A program made the position numbers and the translations under genes. A stretch of 64,000 nucleotides of DNA, taken from assembly GCF_048403405.1 (NCBI RefSeq), contig NZ_CP183129.1; one strand, given 5' to 3'. Positions 42,050 to 54,327 of this stretch are shown here, one piece after another (within the stretch, counting starts at the first letter, position 1; the number at the start of each line of letters is the position of its first letter). This stretch comes from Escherichia coli (GTDB lineage: Bacteria; Pseudomonadota; Gammaproteobacteria; Enterobacterales; Enterobacteriaceae). The notes beneath the pieces are model-generated. The model made no database searches, had not been told where the DNA came from, and saw only the letters and a program-made list of their open reading frames with translations.

Positions 42050-44212
42050 TCACACCGTCTCCAACCGGGCGTAAGCCGCCACCAGCCATTTAATACCCTG
42101 GCCCTGGAACGCCACCTGCAAACGGCTATGCTCACCGCTGCCTTCCATATTGACGATGGTGCCTTCACCAAACTTAGCGTGGCGTACGCGCTGGCCGAGC
42201 TTGTAGCCGCTGTCGTTCTCGACCATCGGCGTACCCATCCGTTGATGGCTGACCGGGCGGCTTACCGTGGCGCGCAGGCGCACCTCTTCCACACACTCTT
42301 CCGGCAGCTCGCCGATAAAGCGCGATGGGCGATGGTAAACCTCTTTGCCATACAGACGGCGGGTTTCCGCGTAGGTCAGCGTCAGTTTCTGCATCGCGCG
42401 GGTTACGCCAACGTAGGCCAGACGGCGTTCTTCTTCCAGACGTCCGCCTTCATCCAGCGACATCTGGCTTGGGAACATGCCCTCTTCCATACCGACGATA
42501 AACACCTGCGGGAACTCCAGCCCTTTCGCCGAGTGTAGCGTCATCAACTGCACCGCATCCTGCCAGGTATCCGCCTGCCCCTCGCCCGCTTCCAGTGCCG
42601 CATGGGAGAGGAACGCCTGCAGCGGCATTAAATCTTCGTCTTCTTCGTTGTAGCTGAACTGGCGCGTCGCCGTTACCAGTTCCTCTAAGTTTTCGATACG
42701 CGTCTGGCCTTTTTCGCCTTTCTCCTGCTCGTACATGGTGCGCAGGCCGGAGTCTTTAATTACCCGGTCAGTCTGTACATGCAGCGGCATATCGGCAGTT
42801 TCCTGCGCTAAGGCGTCGATCAGTTCCATAAACCGCTGTAAGGCACTGGCAGCACGTCCGGCGAGGGCTTTTTCCTGCAACAGTTCACGACATGCCTGCC
42901 AGAGTGTTAACTGGCGATCGCGCGATGTCTGACGTACCACGTCCAGCGTCCGGTCACCAATACCCCGCGTTGGTGTATTCACCACGCGCTCAAAGGCCGC
43001 GTCGTCATTACGGTTGGCAATCAGGCGCAGATACGAGAGCGCATCTTTGATTTCCTGGCGTTCGAAGAATCGCATCCCGCCGTAAATACGGTACGGCATA
43101 CTTGCCTGTAACAGTGCTTCTTCCAGCACACGCGACTGGGCGTTGCTGCGGTAGAGAATGGCGCACTCGGCAAGCGCCCCGCCGTTGTCCTGCCAGGTTT
43201 TGATACGGTTAACCACAAAACGCGCTTCATCGAGTTCGTTAAAAGCGCAATAGAGGGAAATAGGCTCACCATCCGCGCCATCGGTCCACAGTTTTTTACC
43301 CAAACGCCCGTTGTTGTTTTCAATCAGGGCGTTCGCGGCGCTCAGAATATTGCTGGTAGAGCGGTAGTTCTGCTCCAGACGGATAGTTTCAGCACCGGGG
43401 AAATCATTGAGGAAACGCTGAATATTCTCCACCTGCGCTCCACGCCAGCCGTAGATTGACTGATCGTCATCGCCAACGATCATCACTTTGCCGGTATCGC
43501 CCGCCAGCAGGCGGATCCACGCATACTGAATGTTGTTGGTATCCTGGAATTCGTCCACCAGGATATTGGTAAACCGTTCGCGATAGTGCTGAAGGATATG
43601 CGGCTTGTTAAGCCACAACTCGTGAGCACGTAGCAGCAGCTCGGCGAAGTCCACCAGGCCCGCGCGGTCACACGCTTCCTGATACGCCTGATACACCTTC
43701 TGCCAGGTCTGCTCCACCGGATTACCGTAGCTTTGAATATGATGTGGACGCAGGCCTTCATCTTTCTGGCTGTTGATGTACCACATTGCCTGGCGCGGCG
43801 GCCACTGCTTCTCGTCGAGGTTCATCGCCTTGATTAGGCGTTTGAGCAGGCGTAGCTGGTCCTCGCTGTCGAGGATCTGAAAATCCTGCGGCAGATTGGC
43901 GTCCATATGGTGCGCACGCAGCAGACGGTGCGCCAGCCCGTGGAAGGTGCCGACCCACATGCCGCCCTGGCTGGTGCCCATCAGCTGCCCGATACGATGA
44001 CGCATCTCCGCCGCCGCTTTGTTGGTAAACGTTACCGCCATAATCGAATATGGCGAGCAGTTTTCCACGCTCATCAGCCAGGCGATACGGTGCACCAGTA
44101 CGCGCGTCTTACCACTGCCCGCGCCCGCCAGCACCAGAAGGTTGCTGCGTGGCGCGGCCACCGCTTCGCGCTGTTTGTCATTAAGGCTGTCGAGCAGGTA
44201 AGAAACGTCCAT
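42050..44212 (-). CDS. uvrD: DNA helicase II UvrD
   Basis: ORF open to 44401 (783 aa); canonical 720-aa UvrD starts at MDVSYLLDSLNDKQREAVAAP (ATG at 44210-44212). Walker A motif GAGSGKT. Confidence 0.95.
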   Translation of the reverse strand: MDVSYLLDSLNDKQREAVAAPRSNLLVLAGAGSGKTRVLVHRIAWLMSVENCSPYSIMAVTFTNKAAAEMRHRIGQLMGTSQGGMWVGTFHGLAHRLLRAHHMDANLPQDFQILDSEDQLRLLKRLIKAMNLDEKQWPPRQAMWYINSQKDEGLRPHHIQSYGNPVEQTWQKVYQAYQEACDRAGLVDFAELLLRAHELWLNKPHILQHYRERFTNILVDEFQDTNNIQYAWIRLLAGDTGKVMIVGDDDQSIYGWRGAQVENIQRFLNDFPGAETIRLEQNYRSTSNILSAANALIENNNGRLGKKLWTDGADGEPISLYCAFNELDEARFVVNRIKTWQDNGGALAECAILYRSNAQSRVLEEALLQASMPYRIYGGMRFFERQEIKDALSYLRLIANRNDDAAFERVVNTPTRGIGDRTLDVVRQTSRDRQLTLWQACRELLQEKALAGRAASALQRFMELIDALAQETADMPLHVQTDRVIKDSGLRTMYEQEKGEKGQTRIENLEELVTATRQFSYNEEDEDLMPLQAFLSHAALEAGEGQADTWQDAVQLMTLHSAKGLEFPQVFIVGMEEGMFPSQMSLDEGGRLEEERRLAYVGVTRAMQKLTLTYAETRRLYGKEVYHRPSRFIGELPEECVEEVRLRATVSRPVSHQRMGTPMVENDSGYKLGQRVRHAKFGEGTIVNMEGSGEHSRLQVAFQGQGIKWLVAAYARLETV

Positions 44213-44270
44213 TGGCACCGCCGCGTAAAAATAGGTTGGGCGGAGAAGCGCAACGCCCTCCGCCAAAAAG

Positions 44271-44286
44271 CTGGGTATATATACAG
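44271..44286 (-). promoter_or_regulatory. LexA (SOS) box upstream of uvrD
   Basis: CTGGGTATATATACAG (CTG-N10-CAG with AT-rich spacer) about 60 nt upstream of the uvrD start; matches the uvrD SOS operator as I recall it. Confidence 0.7.
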
Positions 44287-44295
44287 ATTTGCTGA

Positions 44296-45012
44296 TTATA
44301 TCAGCGAGGTCAGAGATGCCAACCGGGAAATTTCCAGATGCGGGAGTAAACGGCTGTCCCAGGTTTGCATCAGATCGCCATTTTCCGGTCTGATCCAACA
44401 AGCCTGCATTCCGCTGCGAATTGCCCCACCCACGTCAGTGGTGAGATCGTCCCCAACATGTAAGATCTCGCCGATCGGCACGTTGAGTTTTTCCGCAGCC
44501 AGAAAGTACATATCGCTGAACGGTTTTGAGCGCCCGTGCGGGCCAGCGCGCAGCACAAACTCAAAATAATCCCCCAAACCAAACAGTTCCGGCTGGGCGT
44601 TACCGTTGGTGATCGCCACCAGCGGCCATTTCTTCGCCAGCTGTTTTAAGGTGTCGTGGGTTTGCTGCGGGACATCGATTCGGCTGCGCCATTTGGCAAA
44701 GTTGATCATTGCCGCGTGTGCGCCTGCACTGGCTTCTTCGGCACTCAGCCCGGCGTCGAGCATGGCTTGTTCAATCGAACGAAAACGCCAGCGCGTCACG
44801 TCGTGATAAATCTCGGGTTCCGCTTCCCGTACCGCCTGGCGCAGGCGTTGCAGATCTTCATTCTGGAAGCTGCGCAGCGCCGGATGATAATTTTGCACAA
44901 AGGTAAGCGCCTCTCGCTCGGTGCGCAAAATCACCGGACGGTTATCGTAAAGGGTATCATCCAGGTCAAAGGTGAGCGCCGAGATGCGCCCCAAAGGCCG
45001 GTAAAAACGCAT
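44296..45012 (-). CDS. yigB: HAD-family phosphatase YigB
   Basis: 238-aa ORF with HAD motif I ([12 protein letters not shown]); last gene of the dapF-yigA-xerC-yigB operon. Confidence 0.85.
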
Positions 45013-45908
45013 TATTTCCCCCGTTTGGCGCGTGGATGCGCCGCATCGTACACCGAGGCAAGGTGTTGAAAATCAAGATGAGTATAGATTTGCGTGGTGG
45101 AGAGGTTGGCATGACCCAGCAGCTCCTGCACACCACGAAGATCGCCGCTCGACTCCAGCATATGCGTAGCGAACGAGTGACGTAATTTATGCGGGTGAAC
45201 GTGATTATTCAGCCCTTGTTTTATGCCCCATTCGGCAAAGCGTTTCTGCACATTACGCGCGGAGATACGCTTGCCCAGTTTCGACAGAAAAAGCGCGTCG
45301 TCTTCGCTACCAAACAGGTCGCGCAAATCAAGCCAGTGCTCAATCCACGCCACAGCGTTGCGACCAATCGGCAGGCGGCGCTCTTTGCTGCCTTTTCCCA
45401 TCACCCACACTTCGCCGGACTCCAGGTCGAGGTGTTTGATATCGAGCCCCACCAGTTCGGAAAGACGCAGACCCGCGCCGTACATCACTTCCAGCATTGC
45501 CCGATCGCGCACGGCGAGGGGATCGTTGATATCAATATCCAGCAGCCGATTCATATCATCGACGTCGATGTTTTTCGGCAGATGACGCGGCGCTTTCGGT
45601 GCCGAAACACCTTTCGCCGGGTTGGCTTTGAGCTCGTTCTGGCTGACCAGCCAGTCAAAAAAGCTACGTAGCGCAGAAAGCCGTAACGCCAGACTTGCAG
45701 CTCCCAGCCCTTTACGGCGACTGCGTACAGCGAAATTGCGCACCATCGTCACATCACATTGCTGCCAGCTTTGCAGGCCGTTTTCGCTGGCAAAATTGAT
45801 GATCGCCTCAAGCTGACGCTGGTAGTTAAGCAGGGTTATCGGGCTTAGCTGGCGCTCCACGCTCAGATAACGTAGGTAGCGTTCTACATCGGTGTGTAAA
45901 TCGGTCAT
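45012..45908 (-). CDS. xerC: Site-specific tyrosine recombinase XerC
   Basis: 298-aa ORF with tyrosine-recombinase catalytic residues near the C-terminus ([12 protein letters not shown] ... [14 protein letters not shown]); conserved housekeeping context. Confidence 0.95.
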
Positions 45909-46612
45909 ACGCGTTCAATCCAACGCTCCAGAAGCTCCGGCAACATCAGCGCAATTTCATGAAGTAACTGCGTTCCCTGCCCTTGTTGATAGTGACTGGC
46001 ATCGCGACTGGTAAACAGCACAACACCCAAATCAGCATCGCTTCCCAGCATCGACATCGCCACCGATCCCACCGCTTTCGCTTCAGGTAGCACCACCAGC
46101 AACTCCGGCCCGTTAAGCGGCCCAAGATAGTGCTGTTCCTGCCCCAGACGCTGAATACGCAGCGGTTCGAAAGACTGACGGCTTAATGCCAGATGAGTGT
46201 AGTTCGACGGTGCACCTAAACGCCAGCGATCCGGGAACAGGCGCAGACTCGCACCCGCCAGGCCGAGATCGCGCGCCCAGCGGTGAAAGCGCATCAGCAT
46301 ATCGTCGAGACTGCTGGCGGCGGTGAGACTACGCTGCAGGTAGAGTAAGCGATAAAACAGGCCTTCGTTGGCGATAGCCTGTTCCATCAACAGCGCCATG
46401 TTCTCTTCCAGAACATGAATATGATTACGTGCGCGGGCCATGTGCCATTCGACCAACGAAACGGTGCCGCGTACCGGATGCGGCACACGTATCGCTTCAA
46501 CTGCGCGCGCATTGCGGATAAAAAACTCAGGATTTTTAATCAGATAATCGACAACCGCCCGGTCATCAAGCTCCGTGAGTGTTTCCTGCAGTTCTTCCCC
46601 TGGTTGCTTCAT
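45905..46612 (-). CDS. yigA: DUF484-family protein YigA
   Basis: 235-aa ORF between dapF and xerC with overlapping stop/start codons on both sides. Confidence 0.85.
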
Positions 46613-47433
46613 AGATGAATAAATCCGTCGTAGACATGTACCGCCGGGCCAGTCATATATAACGGGTGACCCGGACCTTTCCAGGCGATATCAAGACGAC
46701 CGCCGGGGAGTTCCACGCGTACTTCTTCGGCCAGCAAACCTTGCTGGATCCCTACCGCCACCGCCGCACATGCGCCGCTGCCGCAGGCCTGGGTTTCTCC
46801 TGCCCCACGCTCATAAACGCGTAAACGAATATGCTCGCGCTTAACCACTTGCATAAAACCGATATTGGCGCGCTCCGGAAAACGCTCATGGCTTTCCAGA
46901 ACAGGACCAAGCGTTTCTACCGCCGCAGTATCGACATCATCGACCTGAATCACGCAGTGCGGATTTCCCATCGACACCACGCCACATAAGATTGTCTGCT
47001 CGGCGGCGCGCATAATATAGGTCTTTTCCGCTTTGTTAGCGCGAAACGGCACAGCGGAAGGTTCGAAGTTGGGCTCGCCCATGTTTACGCGAACCAGATC
47101 ATCATCGGTGACGGTCAGAACCATCCGCCCGTTGGCGGTGCTGACGCGGATATCGCGCTTATTGGTCAGCCCTTTCAGACGCACAAAACGGGCAAAGCAG
47201 CGCGCGCCGTTGCCGCACTGCGCCACTTCACTGCCATCAGCATTGAAAATGCGATAGTGAAAATCCAGTTCAGGATCATACGGTGGCTCAACCACCAGCA
47301 GTTGGTCAAACCCTACCCCCAGGTGCCGATCCGCCAGGCGACGAATCAGCTCCGGTGAAAAAAAGACATTCTGCGTTACCGCGTCGACGACCATAAAATC
47401 GTTGCCAAGGCCATGCATTTTCGAGAACTGCAT
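46609..47433 (-). CDS. dapF: Diaminopimelate epimerase DapF
   Basis: ORF open to 47436; canonical 274-aa start [19 protein letters not shown]; catalytic-Cys motifs GNGARCF and CGSGACA. Confidence 0.95.
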
Positions 47434-47469
47434 CATTTACTCCAATCACGCGGGTACAGAAACTGACTT

Positions 47470-47673
47470 TTAGTAATTCACCTGGGATGGACCATCGCCA
47501 GTGGCGCGGTCGTTTTTATCCGGCACTGTGGATTGCGTTTGCGTCTCTACCGGTTTGGTCGGCGGCGGTGCGTTTTTATCTGCAGGCGGGAAATAGAGCG
47601 GACCTTTCAGACCGCAGCCCGTCAGGCTGAAGAGAGTAAGTAATACAGTGAGTGCCTTAAACACGTTTTTCAT
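47470..47673 (-). CDS. yifL: Small lipoprotein YifL
   Basis: 67-aa ORF with lipoprotein signal and lipobox (LTLFSLTGCGLKGP). Confidence 0.8.
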   Translation of the reverse strand: MKNVFKALTVLLTLFSLTGCGLKGPLYFPPADKNAPPPTKPVETQTQSTVPDKNDRATGDGPSQVNY

Positions 47674-48138
47674 TATGGATTGCCTGTAAAGTTCATCGCT
47701 TTCTGCTTTCTATCATCGCAGGAGAAGGCGTAAAAGCAAGCGTTTAGCGACTCTTTATGAAGTCTGAAAAGTGAGGAAATGCTGCGAGTATAACGCTTAC
47801 TCGTGGCGATTTATGTTTTGCTGGTAGTTTCGTGATCGGCACCTCGCGCCAGGATGGCTTTATGCACTATCGCAATGTGGTTTGTTTGTTGGCTTGTTCG
47901 TTGTTTTTATCGTCGGCATGGGGATGTCGGCTTGATGAGCGGAACATAATATTTACCAGAAACAGGGAAAAGGCGTGGTGTATTTGCGCCCTTATGAAAA
48001 GACCAATCTTTCGCTATATAGAGACATTATTATTCCGTTGACGGATGAATCATGCCAGAACGCAGCAGACGAGCAAACTTTGAAGCCCTGACCCCATGCC
48101 GCTATACTGCCGCCATCACTTAAAAACAGGATACAACA

Positions 48139-48459
48139 ATGAACGACAGTGAATTTCATCGCCTGGCTGATCAACTGTGGCTGACCATTGAAGAGCGTCT
48201 GGACGACTGGGATGGCGACAGCGATATCGACTGTGAAATCAACGGCGGTGTACTAACCATTACCTTTGAGAACGGCAGCAAAATCATTATCAACCGCCAG
48301 GAACCGCTGCACCAGGTATGGCTGGCAACCAAACAGGGCGGCTACCATTTTGATCTGAAAGGCGATGAGTGGATTTGCGATCGTAGCGGCGAAACCTTCT
48401 GGGATTTGCTGGAACAGGCGGCAACGCAGCAAGCGGGTGAAACAGTCAGTTTCCGCTAA
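48139..48459 (+). CDS. cyaY: Frataxin homolog CyaY (iron-sulfur cluster assembly)
   Basis: 106-aa acidic protein [33 protein letters not shown], convergent with cyaA. Confidence 0.95.
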
Positions 48460-48498
48460 GATTGCATGCCGGATAAGCCTCGCTTTCCGGCACGCTCA

Positions 48499-51045
48499 TC
48501 ACGAAAAATACTGCTGTAATAGCGGCGTGTCGTGATCCTGATTGGCAGGCGGCATGTTGCCAATCGATTTGGTGCGGAACGGAATCACCTGTTCACGACC
48601 ATCAACCTTCACAATCTGATAGAACTGCGGCAGGTTGAAGTTGATGAAGCTTGAGCCGTAGGTAAAACGGTCGTGCGATGACGAGTAGAAGCGACTGACG
48701 TCACGCACCAGCTCCTCTTTGCTGCCTTCGCAGTGGTGATACACCTCAACCCGGTTGCTTTCGTCGAGAATGTAGATATTAAAGCCATTTTCGTCTTGCG
48801 TTTCTTCGAAGAAGAACTGGATGATCCCTTCGCTGGCAAAGCCGTCCACCACCGCCGGTAATTTGACGTGATTGGTTTCAACCTGCACTGACAGGCCGTG
48901 CAGTTTGTTATGCGAAATAGCGCCATAAAACTCGATGGCATTTTCTAGTTTCTGTACCGATACATTCAGGCGCTCGAAGAATAAGCCCCAGGTTTGACCA
49001 GAAACGCGCAGCGCCTTGAAGCGCCCGGTTTCCTGGCGGGTGCTGGAAAGACGCAGTTCAATGCACTCAGAAACCAGTTGCTGCACGCGAGTACGGATTA
49101 ATCCGCGCAGATGCTGGCTGTAGCAGAAGACTTCCACGCTATCTGGCGGTGCTGCGTCCTGATGCATTTTACCGAGAATGGTTTTCAGGGCTTCGATCAT
49201 CGACTGCTCGCCGTTGAAGTGCAACGTACGCACTTCGTTCCACGAGTTGCGGTACAGCAGGTCCACGCTACCTACCAGGCAATTTTGATTCTCGCCAAAG
49301 CTGAAGACATCCAGCTTACGGAAATCGAAATGCACCACCTGATTGCGGAACGCAGCTGTCGGGTCATATTCCAGGTTAACGATAATCGCCAGATGGCGAA
49401 TTTCACACGGGCTGTAGAGCGCTTTTGGCGTCGGTGCAGGCAGGCGCAGCGGGAAATGGTGTGACACATCGGCGACCATCTCCTGCAACTTAGGCAAATC
49501 GACAATGCCGTTGCCTTTAATATACAAGCGGGTACGCGAGGTCAGCAGGCCGTTAAACCATGCCCACGCCACCAGTTTATTCAGGTAACGGTTATATTCC
49601 AGCGGCTGATGGCTGATGATCGACTCAATATTTGGCGCGCGGTTATACAGATACCAACCTGAACGGTTAGCCCGGCCCGGCGGCACATAAATAAAGGTCA
49701 GATTCGGTTCCGAGAGATCGGGCGAAATCTGCGGGTTTACCAGCGTCACTTTACCTGGCAATGCTTCAAACGCGGCGTACAGTTTACGCGTCAGCACGCC
49801 GATATCCTGCGGACTGGCGGAGACGCTAAGGTTATTGCGACGCGCAAAGCGGATCAGATTACGGTAGCTCTGCATCATCGCGTCGAGCAGCTCGTTGTGC
49901 GCCTCACGCACCTGATCAATCTTCCAGTTAGCGCGGTTATCGAGCATTGCCAGACGAGCTTCGTCCCAACCCCACTCGCTCACTAACTGGCTCAACACTG
50001 CGCGACGCCAGCCTACACAGGCGCGTTCACGGCTGAGTTTTTCGCACACTTTTAAATAGAAGCAGCGACGCACTAAATCCAGACGGGTGAAATCTTCAAT
50101 CGCCGTCAGGTATTCAGTAACACGCTCCAGCATCATGCAGTATGGATCGAGGCCAAACGATACAATCTCGCCGTCGTGCAAACGCTGTTTGATATCTTTC
50201 GCCAGCAGACGTGGGTTCGGGTATTCCCAGGAATAGGCTTCCAGCAGCAGTGTTTTCAGCACCGCTTTGTATGGGGAATCAATACTCTTGTAGAGCTGCC
50301 AAAGGCTGGCACCAAAGTACTCTTCAGCAGAAAGTGAGCTTAAACCACCGAGATCCAGCCATTCATTTGGCGTCAGCACGCCCTGCGCGTAAAGCGTCAT
50401 CACATAGTCGTCGTAATGCTCTTCTTCGTCGCACGGCACCATATTCCACAGAATACGCTTACCAGCGAGACGCACGGCGGTACGGTAAAATTCGTCAAGC
50501 AGCAGTATATGCTGGGTGGAGCCACAATCTTCGCCCCCCAGGCTGCCGCTTTCATTATGACGGAAGCGATTTTCATCAATCAGGAAGAAGCTAACTTCCA
50601 CGCCCAGCGAGGCGGCCCAGCTTTCCAGCAGACTGCATTTACGTTGTAGTAACTGGCGCTCTTCGCTATCAAGCCAGGATTGATGACAGACCCAGATATC
50701 CAGGTCAGAGGAACAACTTTGCCCTACGGACGAGGTGCTGCCCATGGTGTATACACCAGTAATTGGAAGCTCACCTTTCGGCGGATCCTGTACTGACATT
50801 CCACGATACAGTTCAAGCTCGTTCAGGTAGTGGCGTTGAGTTTCATCAGGCGTGTAAAGGCAAATGCCTTTGGGAACGTTACCATCAAGGTAACCCGGCA
50901 TTAGCGGATGGTGATAGTGCAACAATGTCGGCAGTAGACTGTAGACCTGTTGGAATGCAGGCCCCATAGCAGCAAGCGCGCGATCCACACGCAATTGATT
51001 TATGGCATCCAGTCTCTGTTTCAGAGTCTCAATATAGAGGTACAA
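48499..51045 (-). CDS. cyaA: Class I adenylate cyclase CyaA (TTG start codon)
   Basis: 848-aa product beginning [28 protein letters not shown]; the initiation codon at 51043-51045 reads TTG on the coding strand. Confidence 0.95.
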   Translation of the reverse strand: MYLYIETLKQRLDAINQLRVDRALAAMGPAFQQVYSLLPTLLHYHHPLMPGYLDGNVPKGICLYTPDETQRHYLNELELYRGMSVQDPPKGELPITGVYTMGSTSSVGQSCSSDLDIWVCHQSWLDSEERQLLQRKCSLLESWAASLGVEVSFFLIDENRFRHNESGSLGGEDCGSTQHILLLDEFYRTAVRLAGKRILWNMVPCDEEEHYDDYVMTLYAQGVLTPNEWLDLGGLSSLSAEEYFGASLWQLYKSIDSPYKAVLKTLLLEAYSWEYPNPRLLAKDIKQRLHDGEIVSFGLDPYCMMLERVTEYLTAIEDFTRLDLVRRCFYLKVCEKLSRERACVGWRRAVLSQLVSEWGWDEARLAMLDNRANWKIDQVREAHNELLDAMMQSYRNLIRFARRNNLSVSASPQDIGVLTRKLYAAFEALPGKVTLVNPQISPDLSEPNLTFIYVPPGRANRSGWYLYNRAPNIESIISHQPLEYNRYLNKLVAWAWFNGLLTSRTRLYIKGNGIVDLPKLQEMVADVSHHFPLRLPAPTPKALYSPCEIRHLAIIVNLEYDPTAAFRNQVVHFDFRKLDVFSFGENQNCLVGSVDLLYRNSWNEVRTLHFNGEQSMIEALKTILGKMHQDAAPPDSVEVFCYSQHLRGLIRTRVQQLVSECIELRLSSTRQETGRFKALRVSGQTWGLFFERLNVSVQKLENAIEFYGAISHNKLHGLSVQVETNHVKLPAVVDGFASEGIIQFFFEETQDENGFNIYILDESNRVEVYHHCEGSKEELVRDVSRFYSSSHDRFTYGSSFINFNLPQFYQIVKVDGREQVIPFRTKSIGNMPPANQDHDTPLLQQYFS

Positions 51046-51431
51046 GACGTATCGCCTGATTTGCTACCCGTCATGACTGTGATTCCGCCAACATCAACGG
51101 TAACACGCGGCATTCGGGATATTTCGTATGTCAAAGGTAACCGTTACCACTTTTCGCGCCTGGTTTTTTTAGTTTCACGACGAAAAAATGGTCTAAAACG
51201 TGATCAATTTAACACCTTGCTGATTGACCGTAAAGAAAGATGCGCTACATACAAGTGTAGCACCGTTTATTCTCTGTAAATTCCTTATTACGACGGCGTG
51301 AAACGCCTGTCAGGATCCACTGCCAGACCTCATTTTACGGTTTGCGCAGGCGTCTACGTTTCACCACAACACTGACATCGCTCTGGCAAGGATGTTAGGA
51401 TGGACCACGGATGATAATGACGGTAACAAGC

Positions 51432-52373
51432 ATGTTAGACAATGTTTTAAGAATTGCCACACGCCAAAGCCCACTTGCACTCTGGCAGGCACACTATGTC
51501 AAAGACAAGTTGATGGCGAGCCATCCGGGCCTGGTCGTTGAACTGGTACCGATGGTGACGCGCGGCGATGTGATTCTTGATACGCCGCTGGCGAAAGTAG
51601 GCGGAAAAGGCTTATTTGTAAAAGAGCTGGAAGTCGCGCTCCTCGAAAATCGCGCCGATATCGCCGTACATTCAATGAAAGATGTGCCGGTTGAATTCCC
51701 GCAAGGTCTGGGGCTGGTCACTATTTGTGAGCGTGAAGATCCTCGCGATGCCTTTGTGTCCAATAACTATGACAGTCTGGATGCGTTACCGGCAGGCAGT
51801 ATCGTCGGGACGTCCAGTTTACGTCGCCAGTGCCAACTGGCTGAACGCCGCCCGGATCTGATTATCCGCTCCCTGCGCGGCAACGTCGGCACTCGCCTGA
51901 GCAAACTGGATAACGGCGAATACGATGCCATCATTCTTGCCGTAGCCGGACTAAAACGTTTAGGTCTGGAGTCACGCATTCGCGCCGCGTTGCCACCCGA
52001 GATTTCTCTTCCGGCGGTAGGACAAGGTGCGGTGGGCATTGAATGCCGCCTTGATGATACACGCACTCGCGAGCTGCTTGCCGCGCTGAATCACCACGAA
52101 ACTGCACTGCGCGTTACCGCAGAACGCGCCATGAATACCCGTCTCGAAGGCGGATGTCAGGTACCAATTGGTAGCTACGCCGAGCTTATTGATGGCGAAA
52201 TCTGGCTGCGTGCGCTGGTCGGCGCGCCGGACGGTTCGCAGATTATTCGCGGTGAACGCCGCGGTGCGCCGCAAGATGCCGAACAAATGGGGATTTCGCT
52301 GGCAGAAGAGCTACTGAATAACGGCGCGCGCGAGATCCTTGCTGAAGTCTATAACGGAGACGCCCCGGCATGA
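51432..52373 (+). CDS. hemC: Porphobilinogen deaminase (hydroxymethylbilane synthase) HemC
   Basis: ORF open from 51411; canonical start [19 protein letters not shown]. Confidence 0.93.
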
Positions 52374-53110
52374 GTATCTTGGTCACCCGCCCGTCTCCCG
52401 CTGGAGAAGAGTTAGTGAGCCGTCTGCGCACACTGGGGCAGGTGGCCTGGCATTTTCCGCTGATTGAGTTTTCTCCGGGTCGACAATTACCGCAACTTGC
52501 TGATCAACTTGCAGCGCTGGGGGAGAGGGATCTGTTGTTTGCCCTCTCGCAACACGCGGTTGCTTTTGCCCAATCACAGCTGCATCAGCAAGATCGTAAA
52601 TGGCCCCGACTACCTGATTATTTCGCCATTGGACGCACCACCGCACTGGCGCTACATACCGTAAGCGGACAGAAGATTCTCTACCCGCAGGATCGGGAAA
52701 TCAGCGAAGTCTTGCTACAATTACCTGAATTACAAAATATTGCGGGCAAACGTGCGCTGATATTACGTGGCAATGGCGGTCGTGAGCTAATTGGGGATAC
52801 CCTGACGGCGCGCGGTGCTGAGGTCACTTTTTGTGAATGTTATCAACGATGCGCAATCCATTACGATGGTGCAGAAGAAGCGATGCGCTGGCAATCCCGC
52901 GAGGTGACGACGGTCGTTGTTACCAGCGGTGAAATGTTGCAGCAACTCTGGTCGCTGATCCCACAATGGTATCGTGAGCACTGGTTACTACACTGTCGAC
53001 TATTGGTCGTCAGTGAGCGTTTGGCGAAACTCGCCCGGGAACTGGGCTGGCAAGACATTAAGGTCGCCGATAACGCTGACAACGATGCGCTTTTACGGGC
53101 ATTACAATAA
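52370..53110 (+). CDS. hemD: Uroporphyrinogen-III synthase HemD
   Basis: 246-aa ORF with ATGA overlap with hemC. Confidence 0.93.
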
Positions 53111-53131
53111 CTCTCATAACAGGAAGCCATA

Positions 53132-54325
53132 ATGACGGAACAAGAAAAAACCTCCGCCGTGGTTGAAGAGACCAGGGAGGCCGTGGACACCACGTCACAA
53201 CCTGTCGCAACAGAAAAAAAGAGTAAGAACAATACCGCATTGATTCTCAGCGCGGTGGCTATTGCTATTGCTCTGGCGGCGGGCGTCGGTTTGTATGGCT
53301 GGGGTAAACAACAGGCCGTCAATCAGACTGCCACCAGCGATGCCCTGGCTAATCAACTGACGGCACTGCAAAAAGCCCAGGAGAGCCAAAAAGCTGAGCT
53401 GGAAGGCATTATCAAGCAACAAGCTGTACAGCTTGAGCAGGCGAATCGTCAGCAAGAAACGCTGGCAAAACAGTTGGATGAAGTCCAACAAAAGGTCGCC
53501 ACCATTTCCGGCAGCGATGCTAAAACCTGGCTGCTGGCTCAGGCCGATTTTCTGGTGAAACTCGCAGGACGGAAGCTGTGGAGCGATCAAGACGTCACGA
53601 CCGCTGCAGCGTTGCTGAAAAGTGCAGATGCCAGCCTGGCGGATATGAATGACCCGAGTCTGATTACCGTTCGTCGGGCAATTACCGATGATATCGCCAG
53701 CCTTTCTGCGGTATCGCAGGTGGATTATGACGGCATCATCCTTAAGCTTAATCAGCTTTCAAATCAGGTAGATAACCTGCGTCTGGCCGATAATGACAGC
53801 GATGGTTCGCCGATGGATTCCGACGGTGAAGAGCTTTCCAGTTCCATCAGCGAATGGCGTATCAATCTACAAAAAAGCTGGCAGAATTTTATGGACAACT
53901 TCATTACGATTCGCCGTCGTGATGACACCGCCGTACCGCTGTTAGCGCCAAATCAGGATATCTATCTGCGCGAAAATATTCGCTCTCGCCTGCTGGTCGC
54001 AGCACAAGCTGTACCGCGTCACCAGCAAGAGACTTATCGCCAGGCGCTGGAGAACGTCTCCACCTGGGTACGTGCTTACTACGATACTGATGATGCCACC
54101 ACCAAAGCGTTCCTCGACGAGGTGGACCAGTTAAGCCAGCAAAATATCTCGATGGATCTTCCGGAAACCCTGCAAAGCCAGGCGATGCTGGAAAAACTGA
54201 TGCAGACTCGCGTGCGTAACCTGCTGGCACAACCGGCAGCGGGGACAACGGAAGCTAAACCTGCACCTGCACCTGCACCTGCACCGCAAGCTGATACTCC
54301 GGCAGCCGCGCCGCAAGGAGAATAA
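53132..54325 (+). CDS. hemX: HemX (uroporphyrinogen-III methyltransferase-like membrane protein)
   Basis: 397-aa ORF with N-terminal TM helix, coiled-coil-rich body and Pro/Ala-rich C-terminal tail. Confidence 0.9.
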   Translation: MTEQEKTSAVVEETREAVDTTSQPVATEKKSKNNTALILSAVAIAIALAAGVGLYGWGKQQAVNQTATSDALANQLTALQKAQESQKAELEGIIKQQAVQLEQANRQQETLAKQLDEVQQKVATISGSDAKTWLLAQADFLVKLAGRKLWSDQDVTTAAALLKSADASLADMNDPSLITVRRAITDDIASLSAVSQVDYDGIILKLNQLSNQVDNLRLADNDSDGSPMDSDGEELSSSISEWRINLQKSWQNFMDNFITIRRRDDTAVPLLAPNQDIYLRENIRSRLLVAAQAVPRHQQETYRQALENVSTWVRAYYDTDDATTKAFLDEVDQLSQQNISMDLPETLQSQAMLEKLMQTRVRNLLAQPAAGTTEAKPAPAPAPAPQADTPAAAPQGE

Positions 54326-54327
54326 CC

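Noticed and set aside
42050-44401. 783-aa extended uvrD ORF that overlaps yigB
   Set aside because: The canonical UvrD N-terminus (MDVSYLLDSLNDKQ) starts at the ATG at 44210-44212; the upstream extension is an in-frame read-through of the promoter region containing the LexA box and the 3' end of yigB.
45012-45908. Tyrosine recombinase that might be taken for an island or phage integrase
   Set aside because: It is XerC in its conserved housekeeping operon (dapF-yigA-xerC-yigB), far from the accessory segments; no att-like repeats or phage genes are nearby.
54259-54288. Short tandem repeat considered as a possible CRISPR-like or regulatory repeat array
   Set aside because: The unit is only 6 bp, lies in-frame within hemX and encodes Pro-Ala repeats; no spacers and no cas genes. 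No CRISPR array is present anywhere in the window.
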